A stretch of DNA of 57,865 nucleotides. It comes from Nemertoderma westbladi. Taxonomy: Eukaryota > Animalia > Xenacoelomorpha. This document shows, in pieces, positions 48,615 to 57,865 of this stretch (positions within the stretch are counted from its first letter, which is position 1; each line of letters starts with the position of its first letter). Below the pieces are notes generated by a model, which was not told the origin of the DNA, searched no databases, and saw nothing but the letters and a program-made list of their open reading frames with translations. The translations under genes and the position numbers were made by a program. The stretch is taken from assembly GCA_032718475.1 (NCBI GenBank), contig JAUCBJ010000714.1:1-57865 (forward strand), in the 5' to 3' direction.

Positions 48615-49386
48615 ACACCTGTATATCATTGCGACTTTCCAAAGTTGTTCCCAACAAAAGTTATATTAAAAAAGGTAGCAAAGCGGTTTAATAATTTAAT
48701 TAAATAATATAAGTTAATTAATATTTCAACCCACAACCTCAATACATTATTATAATTCCCGTCTGTGACATGACAAAGTTAAAATACTTAGTCTTGACTC
48801 ACTTTCATAAGAACCTCATATCTGCCACCCGTTATTGTTTACTCAATAAATATTACTGTACAGTATTGGGGTCTCACTACTCCATTCCCAATTTAGGAAT
48901 ACTCCTACACAAACGAGAACACCCGACTCTACAGCTCTATCATTAGGTGATTAGGATACTTCTCCTCAATAAATAAGTTGAATTAAATTAGTTAATGTAT
49001 AATTACCAAAGCAATAACAATAAATGAATTGTTGTGGGGTGGAGTGACAGGGGTGTGACAATGAATAAAAAATATATATAGGGCCTAATGTAATAGAATA
49101 GTATGGTAACATAGTACAGCAACATGGTAGCATAGCGTAAAATATCAACATTTCAACAGACTCTATTGTGACTCGAACACGGTACCTAGGTTTCAAACTT
49201 CAGGTTACATACAACACGGCTCCAAAATATCCATATACAGTAAAACTAGTATATAGTTGTATATCCTGTTCTCGCGGATTTACCACGCGGACTAAACTAC
49301 GGATCCCTAATCAGCTAATGGGACATTAAAAAAATAATTGTTGCTAACTCGTGCGAACGTGCAAACATAATTAATTTGTAATGTCA

Positions 49387-49405
49387 TTTCCGCGGGAAAT
49401 TTAAA
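49387..49405. promoter_or_regulatory. E2F-like site next to a CHR-like element upstream of PLPP
   Basis: tttccgcgggaaa followed by tttaaa, ~370 bp before the ATG. Confidence 0.3.
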
Positions 49406-49768
49406 TAAGTTTCCAAGATATCCTTGTCAGCTTGTATCAAAATCAAGGTTGATCAAAATCAAGCAGTCAAGTTCGCCGCTAGGTCATACTGCCATCGTTG
49501 CCATGCATAGACCAAACCGGACAAATTTAACGCAAACGGGACGGGGCTATCTTACTGCAGTAACGGTACTGTCTGAAGTATTTAATTCGTACTGAAGTAC
49601 GAATTAAATATGGCCTGACCTAGCGGCAGAGCGGTGTACATTATTAGACCTACAATATCTACCGGTATTCACTATTCAGCTATTATACAGTCAGACAGTT
49701 GTATCATATTTGGTTGTTCGGTTAAGGTACCAGTAGCAACGACCTGACGACAAAACTTGTTATGAACT

Positions 49769-50665
49769 ATGAAATTCTGGCAAAGAATAAAAAGACAGCG
49801 ATGGGTCTGTCTTTATTCCAATAAAGTTCCACGGAAACATCCGTTATCAGAGATTTACGGTCTAGAATTAGCTGGCGATGTATTTGTTCGGGTGGTCCTG
49901 ATAGTATTGTTTCTGATTCTGGAGGAGATGGAGCCATTCCATCGAGTAATCCAGCCCGAGGAGTGGTGGTTATACCGCAACCCTAGAAGTAATTCATACG
50001 TAACGACCCCCATCTTATTCGCCATTTCCTTAACGCTGCCTCTTCTAGTGGTCGCTGTGGCTAGTTTCTGCAGGAAATGTCGGCAGGAGCTGAAACAAGG
50101 TCTACTGTCGTCCACCATGGCCATACTACTCAACGTCTTCCTCACGGACTGCGTGAAACTAATCGTGGGACGCCCGCGACCGGACTACTACTGGCGGTGC
50201 TATCCCAACGGCACTGCGTCCCCTGGGAGTCCTTGTTCCGGGGACCCGGACGCTATCCGAGAAGGTCGCAAGAGTTTCCCCAGCGGGCACTCCAGTCTAG
50301 CGTTCGCGAGTCTGGGTTTCTGTTCCTTGTACCTTTGCGGTAAACTCGAGGTGTTTTCTATCGGCCGAGGACGTATTTGGCGTGTCTTATTGGCCGGATC
50401 TCCCATCGCTTTTGCCTCTATGACGGCCTTATCCCGCACTGCGGATTATCACCACCATTGGCAGGACGTGTCCGTTGGTTCGCTTTTAGGATTTATCGTC
50501 GCGCTGTTGGCCTACCGACAATTCTACCCACCCTTGACCCACCCTTTCTGCGGGTTGCCATACGTTGTGCTACACTCTTACGAGATGGAATTAACGAATT
50601 CTAATAAACCAATTTCTAGCGATTATTCCCAAGACTACGCCATTCCTTCCATTAAGATCATTTAG
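49769..50665 (+). CDS. PLPP4/5: Phospholipid phosphatase PLPP4/5 (PPAPDC1; PAP2 family), single exon
   Basis: PFHRVIQPEEWWLYRNP; C1 KLIVGRPRP; C2 SFPSGH; C3 SRTADYHHHWQDV; YRQFYP. Confidence 0.95.
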   Translation: MKFWQRIKRQRWVCLYSNKVPRKHPLSEIYGLELAGDVFVRVVLIVLFLILEEMEPFHRVIQPEEWWLYRNPRSNSYVTTPILFAISLTLPLLVVAVASFCRKCRQELKQGLLSSTMAILLNVFLTDCVKLIVGRPRPDYYWRCYPNGTASPGSPCSGDPDAIREGRKSFPSGHSSLAFASLGFCSLYLCGKLEVFSIGRGRIWRVLLAGSPIAFASMTALSRTADYHHHWQDVSVGSLLGFIVALLAYRQFYPPLTHPFCGLPYVVLHSYEMELTNSNKPISSDYSQDYAIPSIKII

Positions 50666-51883
50666 ACAACATGAACTCCTCTCAAGTTTATGACGATATT
50701 TTTTATCTGTATTTTTGTCAATATTTAATTCTGTGGCAGTTGGAGTTTTTTGTTTATTATTATTATTTTAAATATTTTACTTGGGTTTAGTGCAACTGGA
50801 GTGGTTGGGTCGCCGCTCCTAATAAAATATTATACAATTTTCAGGCGTTTTTTGTTTCTGTGGGAAGGTAATGGTTGTCTGAAGCGCCGGTAGAAACAGA
50901 GAGTTTCTCGTCAACAAGTCAACCCCACCGACATGCGGAGGGACATTATTATATGATTGCCACGGCACTGCTACAACACCCACCACAATTCCCCCCCCCC
51001 CCCCCCCCCCCCATTCCAATTGAATAAATATAAATGACAAGTTAACTTTTATTTTCAACTAATTTTGACTTGTTTATTTTAATTAAACAATGTAATAATT
51101 GAAAATTAAACTAAAACTTAATCAAATACAAAATTTTGAATAATTCATATAACCATAGCAACGGTTGTTATAGCCGTTTTAAAAAGGGCCAAAACCTTCC
51201 AAACCATATTGAGTACGGCCTTTCATATGGTTAACACCACTATAGACACCACCACATTCCCCTGGGCCTGGATCCATATTGATCAACTTTGATCCATGTC
51301 TTCCCCATTACACAAAATGTAGACCTGGACACATTTGGAAAACCAAACCCACCCTTGAATCCAGACATTCAGGCACTTGGATTAACGTTTTCATGCAACT
51401 CACAGGTTGAATTGACTTTGAATCTACCGCGATTAAGGCCCCCTGTGGGTTGATTTACAGTAGTACAACAGCTGTGGTTGGCGGAGCCGTTATTTACATT
51501 CACGACATTCTACAGCTGCTGCAGTCAAACTCTCTTCTATGGCGCCGAAATGCACAATAGCTTACTACGGGGGTTGTACACAGTCAATAGCAAACACACC
51601 CTTCCCCCATAGGCCTTTCAAGGCATTTTAATGTAAATTATAACAAGAGGCCCTGTAATGGAAAGTAAGGGCTTAACCAGCTTCTCCATGCTACGCTAAA
51701 CGTGATAAAGTTTTATTTATGTGGGGATGCAATATAATAAAAAAATATAATAAATTCAATATGGAAGTTGGTAAAAATTATATTATTTCTTAAACAAATT
51801 AATTATTAGTGAATAGAAATACTGGACCGGCAATAGAAACAAGATCGCTATTATAATTTATTACAAATTGTATGCAATTTATT

Positions 51884-52908
51884 TGGTATCAGACGTTTCG
51901 GCCTAGGCATAGGACGTTTCGACCCGGACGTTTCGGCTCGGACGTTTCGGCCCGAGACTGTAACTGAATGAAAAGGCTGAGTTGTTTTATATGATAGTAA
52001 TTATTCATTAAAATTATAATTATTTCACAATAACATACAAACACTTAGAATATCTTTTATGAAAAGTCTATTTAACTTACATTTATTTCAAAATATTATA
52101 AACATGCATGCGGACGAGGTGCTTAGACAATTCGCCATCAATTATGTTATTTCATTAGATATTATTTATAAGTATAATATAGAACTTATACAGTATTATA
52201 GATATTATCTTATAGAATATAGATAGAACTCTTGACGACTTTCGAATATGTGGACCAGTTCCTAACTGATAACTACTCTATCTAGTAGCGTAACTACTTC
52301 AAAACAAATATATTGAACAACTTATTCTTAAATTTATGTTTTATTTCTGCTTTGCAAGGAGAGATGACGGGGATATATTTAAAAATAGTAGAACAGCATA
52401 ATAATCTAAGTAAAATAAAGTGATAACGTGATTAAATCTTGTAACAATAAGACATTAACGATTGGAGAGGACTGTAACTAGCACCGTTAGCAATTCTAGA
52501 ACAGCTGATATCTTCACAAATATTCGAACTTCTTGAACGCCAAGGGAGCATTGCGCAAATTAAAAGTAACACCAACACAATATTTTAGTATGATGGTCAA
52601 ATCTTAATTTGTTATAATATACTGTAGCTTCTTCAAATAAACCTTGTTTTACGTACTGAGGCTAATTGATTTGCCTCAGGTTCTATAACCGTATATCATC
52701 TTCTGGGACTGGATATTATGCATGATCTACCTACATATTGCAGTGTATAATCAATGGCATAATGAAATAATTAATTACAGTGCGCACATTTAACTTTATA
52801 TTTGACATATTTAAGGGAGTAAAGTGAATCTTTGGGCCTAAACGACCAGCAAATCTTATATTTCATTCATTGGGCCGAAACGTCTTAGACCGAAACGATA
52901 TGTTACCC
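51884..52908. mobile_element. Non-autonomous TIR element with gacgtttcggcc subterminal repeats
   Basis: Four gacgtttcg copies at the left and inverted ccgaaacg copies at the right. Termini ggta.../...tacc. 8-9 bp TSD (c)aatttatt. Confidence 0.7.
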
Positions 52909-53091
52909 AATTTATTGTATGCAAATAAAACTAAAGGGTGTTGTACTAAAAACATAAGTGGATAAAATGTATTTAAAAGGTCGAGCTATTAACAAAAAAA
53001 ACAGAAATGATGACGAACTAAAATGTATATAATCGTAGAATCTACAGTAAATATATATTACAACTGTTTATAAAAATAATATTGAATTGTT

Positions 53092-54850
53092 TTATCCTGA
53101 ATTATTTTCTTGCGACATAGCGGGCCCCTCATGTCTCAGCCTTTTATTATACAGGTAAGTGAGTTGTGTGTTTACGGAATTTTTTGTTCCACTCCACACC
53201 TTATGGATATTTTCCCCTGGGAATAGACCTCTCATCTCAAAGAAGGCTTTTTGGGCCCAGTTGATTCGATTTATATCAAGGACGGTTTTACCACGCTCGG
53301 AATTATTCGAAATTATCGCATTTGCTGAGAGTTCGACTTTGGAAAAAACTAATTCCAAAAGTCTAAGTAAAAACTTACCGCTTTGAGAGTCGGGATGATA
53401 GCTCAGCTCTTTTATTGCTTCCAGGGAAATACCAAAAGATTCAAGTTGGACGTGTCTTAGATTTGGAAAGGGAAAGGTATTTTCTTCAACAGAACTGGGT
53501 GGGCCGTTAACAGGAATTATTACTTGGTTCAAATTGTTGAAACCTGGGTTATCGTCAAGGTCGTCTTGGTTATCATTGAGTGGAGAATTCATCTTGTTCG
53601 TAAATTCGCTCATAGCCCGATATTGTTCAGCCAAAGCCGCATTGTTCAAAGTTAGTAGGGCGTTTGTGTTATTCATTGTGGTGTTTAATTTATTAATAGA
53701 TTCGATGAGATCGATAGCCCAAGTTGGTGGATTTGAATCTGCCTTCGTTCCAAAAGGATTTCCTCGCGTTCTGTTGTTTGGGGTTTTTTTGAGGATGAAT
53801 AGTTTGTGGTTGAGGAATTCTATATTTCACAGGACTGGGAACAGAATTAGTCGCTTGTTCGTTGTCACAGATGGTAATGGGTGGAACTGCAGAATTGTTG
53901 TCAGTTTGCTGGAGTGAAATGGCCGGTAATTCAAAAAGAACCTGGCTACTTTCGTTCATAAGTCTATTTATAGTGACAGGAGGTCTTTCACCAATAGCTA
54001 CCGTCTTACTCACTATTTCTCGGTTACGTAACCCAACGAATTCAAGAAAACTACGGGTAGTTTTTTGAGTTTTTTTTAGAACTTTTTTAGACTGCTTTTG
54101 CGTATTTCTTATCTTTCTATTATTTATTTTACTTCGTTGTTTGTACTTTTCTTTAATGTTTTTAACCTGGCTGGTTGATTGATCCTTTGCTTGCGATTTA
54201 CCACTGGATTCGGATTCTAGAACGTCCAGGGTTCTCTCGGATTCTAGAACGTTCAGGGTTCTCTCGGATTCTAGAACGTTCAGGGTTCTCTCGGATTCTA
54301 GAACGTCCAGGGTTCTCTCGGATTCTAGAACGTCCAGGGTTCTCTCGGATTCTAGAACGTCCAGGGTTCTCTCGGATTCTAGAACGTCCAGGGTTCTCTT
54401 GGATTCTAGAACGTCCAGGGTTCTCTCGGATTCTAGAACGTTCAGGGTTCTCTCGGATTCTAGAACGTCCAGGGTTCTCTCGGATTCTAGAACGTCCAGG
54501 GTTCTCTCGGATTCTAGAACGTCCAGGGTTCTCTCGGATTCTAGAACGTCCAGGGTTCTCTCGGATTCTAGAACGTCCAGGGTTCTCTCGGATTCTAGAA
54601 CGTCCAGGGTTCTCTCGGATTCTAGAACGTCCAATGTTCTCTCATAAGAAACTTGAAACTGTTCTACCTCCGTTCGACTATTGCTTGCAGCTTTGACTAC
54701 GCCTTCACACACCACCCCTTTTTCAAATTGACATTTTACAACCTTGCCAACACCAATTTCTCCCGAGAATACCTTTGAAGTACAACAAATAATCTGTGAA
54801 CCGTCGCCCCATACAACAAATATGAAGTTGGGTGGAAGATTAGGCCGCAT
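53092..54850 (-). CDS. BEN-domain protein split into two ORFs by one frameshift (53693-54850 and 53092-53676)
   Basis: C-terminal FLLRLLELVFSKVEL...GKTVLDINRINWAQ...W....SVN fits the BEN pattern. N-terminal beta-rich domain, (ERTLDVLES)x16, basic segment. The downstream frame is open back to ~53828. Confidence 0.65.
54210..54641 (-). repeat. 27-bp in-frame coding tandem repeat, 16 copies
   Basis: tcggattctagaacgt(c/t)cagggttctc, encoding ERTL(D/N)VLES on the - strand. Confidence 0.95.
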
Positions 54851-56779
54851 AAGACAGAAATAAGCGCTATAAAACACTTAATAAAGATAAATAAAAAAAA
54901 ATAAAAAATCTTCATACTGTATAAAATTCCAATAAAAAGTCGACCGAAAAATGAAATCCTGGTATTCTTCACATGGGCGGCTTTTAATGTCACGTTTCTA
55001 TAGTTAAATTTTAAAGTGTGAACTATTAATGTAATTGTAATAGAGTTTAGGATATTAAATGAAAGTAAATGCATTTCTTGTTTACTGTACTACAGTAATA
55101 ATAACTTATTAAACTATATAACCGCGAACGCGCCCTTTACTTGAATTATGGTTTAGGAAACCATTTAAAACATTATACATTACTGTATAAAGGCACAGGT
55201 GAAAGGAAGCCCAGAGTAGCAGCATTACATATTGTAAAAGCTTTTACTGAATTGTCCGGTTATTTTTCCTTATTTTTCCCGTAAAGTACTCTGTAGTTGG
55301 TTTACCAGGCATAAAAAGGCCGTGTCCTTGCTGTACTGGTGTTTTAGCGGACATAAGAGCTATTTCTTCTGTATTTGTACTTTAGAGGACATAATCCGTA
55401 ATTCCGTGACGTAAAAGCTCGATACTCTTGAAAACAGTGTCGCTACCATGACGACGGCTAGCAGCTGATATTGCCACGTCGACGTTTCTTTGTTTCTCTG
55501 TTCTCTCGTTGTTCATGTTGACCAATCAGAGCGTTTGTGATCTCTGTGTTGGAGGTATATACAGAAACTCAGTAGTTCAGTGTTATGTTTTTGTCCAGAG
55601 CCTAAGAACCGGCTTTGGCACCTCCGTGTTTTAGTTTTTAGTCTTACACTAGTAGGTTTAATTATAAAGGGCATATATCCTTTAACGCACCTACCTGACT
55701 CATGGAATCACTGCATACTGATGACTGATGTCTGTATACTGCAGTACTGCATACACTGCATACTGTGTAACATTGTGCATACCTTTATATTGTTATACTG
55801 CTATTTACCGTCAGTTCTTCATAATATGGTTGATGAATAATTATATTTGGAATAACGATAAACAACCCCGAAACCCAATATTCTTGATATACCGAAGGTA
55901 AGAGAGAAGGGTTACAGATAAACGATTGTGACTTATGTTAAAGTGGTTTGAAGTGAATCTAATGTTATTTGATAGACCCTACATGATTCAGTCTGTGTTC
56001 CTTTTATATGTGACTAAAATCAGTGAAGATTGGCAGATTAGTGTGCAGTATTGTGCAGCATTGTGTATGAGTGAGTCTGTTAAAGAAGCAATTCCTAAAG
56101 AATGCGCCATATATGTGAATTATAATTAAGCCATATCGTTGTGAGTAGTTTAAGTCATAACTCTGTTTATATAGATAAAGCGCCACGTCCTAAAGGAACT
56201 GTTAATATTCCCGAAGGTGAATAATATTGTCAGAGATTATATAATACTGTCAGTCGAATAATACATTAGGCTTACATAGCAATAAAATTAAACCGTCGAA
56301 CCCAATCTCCCGGGAATATCCAGCGGGTGAATGGTCGCGCACGGATTGGTTTCGACTAGTGTAGTGAATCAAATACTTGTCATAGACTAAAAACCGATTT
56401 AATATCTAGAAGACATCTTAATTTGGTGGGTTAAACTGCCAAAGGTCTGAAAGCGCGAACATTAAAGGATATAGCTTCTTATTGCAGTAAGCAATAAAGT
56501 TAAAAGTACCGGTCAACCGGTACATCTGTAGGTCAGTCTGTCAGTAGGCCCAACTGCCAGAACCGGTACCAGTAGGCCTGACTACCTAACCACCCGGACC
56601 GGTACCTACAGCAGTACAGGCTGACAGGTACAGCAGTATTATTCGATTTTGATAGTTGTATACCGGTAGGTCTTAGTACTTAATCAGGGAACGGCCGCCC
56701 TGATTTTTTATTGAGATTTTACTTATTTCTGTTAAGTTTTATTTGTTTGTAGGCCAGTATTGAACAGAAGGCGTGTAAA

Positions 56780-57345
56780 CCTGATCAGATTGTACAGACA
56801 ATTTGTAGGCTGAGCTGTTGTCTGATTGCTGTTAAGTCCGAACGAATTGCAGTGTGTGTAGAGCACTTGTCCGATTAAGTACGGTTAGGAAGTAGGGGCA
56901 GCCAATGCGGTAAGGTAATCCCCCAACTAAAGAATAAGTCGCACTACTGGGTTAGAGCGCATACTCCCTAATCATTTCGGAGTCTGCATGTCCTGTAATT
57001 TATTTAGGCTTGAGAGTAGTCTGCCATCGTTTAGTCTGTACTTTGTTTGTGTAAGTCTGTACGGGTAGCGTATAATTTTATTTAAATAATTTGTAGGCTG
57101 GATAGTTGTCTGGCTGTTGTTAAGTCTGAACGGATTGCCGCGTGTGTAGATCATCTGTCCGATTAAGTACGGTTAGGAAGTAGGGGCAGCAACGCTGTAA
57201 GGTAAACCCCCAACTAAAGAATAAGTCGCACTACTGGGTTAGAGCGCATACTCCCTAATCATTTCGGAGTCTGCATATACCGTAGTTTGTTTAGGCTTGA
57301 TAGTAGTCTGTCAGTGTTCGGTCTGTATTTTGTTTGAGTAGTTTG
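56780..57345 (+). repeat. 288-bp tandem duplication, 2 diverged copies
   Basis: gtccgattaagtacggttaggaagtaggggcagc...ggagtctgcat at 56869 and 57157. Confidence 0.88.
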
Positions 57346-57865
57346 TACGCATAGCGTAATATTTATTATTCAGAGTTTATGCGATTATTCGCAACATTCA
57401 AGTCCCCAAGTTTGTTCCTACAGTAATTGTGTTTGTTATACGTACCGCTATAGTTAAATTAACCTCGGTACTACACGGGCTGCTCGGCGTAGGTAAAGAC
57501 TGGTGATTTTGTGCATCGGTCACTCCAGCAGATGCCGTGGTTCTTTTAGCTGTTCAAGTATATTTAACTACTGATTATTTGTTATACAAGTACTCGTACC
57601 TAATTTAGGGTTTAGTGTATAGTACTTTCCGAAGTAATTATTGTAGGCATTATATTTGTGTTGTAAAGTGGTTGATAGGCACATTCGATTAGCTCTATTA
57701 ACTTCTAGGTAGGAACACTCCGTGATACATAACGTAGAACCTATAGCGATACGGCTATAGGTCGTCAGGCGGTGGTATTTTCCTATCTAGACAACGCAGT
57801 GTATTTACTACTACTTATTATTTCAAATACCGTAGTACCCTGTCCGTGTAATAATCAGTTCTCTA

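Noticed and set aside
54175-54696. Plus-strand repeat ORFs (ILERPGFSR; SRVLSDSRT)
   Set aside because: Antisense shadows of the coding repeat on the - strand.
55400-55910. Possible promoter/first exon (gtgacgt, ccaatcag, aggtaag)
   Set aside because: Short motifs only; no linked coding exon could be identified.

Overview
AT-rich, transposon-dense animal (invertebrate-type) genomic DNA; it is not prokaryotic and has no CRISPR or rRNA. Host genes: a spliced G-protein gamma subunit gene (coding exon 749-840 on the - strand, missed by the ORF track), and three conserved genes present as single uninterrupted ORFs: an SLC22 transporter, an SHP2/PTPN11-like phosphatase and a PLPP4/5 lipid phosphatase. 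There is also a frameshifted BEN-domain gene carrying a 27-bp coding repeat. The most striking structure is a ~13.6-kb inverted duplication with arms of ~4.2 kb (20363-24541 and 29776-33949). Each arm carries an intact BAF-like gene with a basic tail; the two copies differ only at synonymous sites. Each arm also carries the 5' part of a decayed LINE that appears to encode a Ulp1/C48 SUMO-protease domain ahead of its endonuclease and RT. Other mobile DNA: a Gypsy element lacking its 5' LTR and interrupted by a composite insert, two Penelope-like fragments, a CR1/Crack-type LINE with a 2A peptide and PHD finger, several non-autonomous TIR elements with 8-9 bp target-site duplications, tandem repeats and hairpins. 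All family assignments come from motif recognition by eye; no searches were run.
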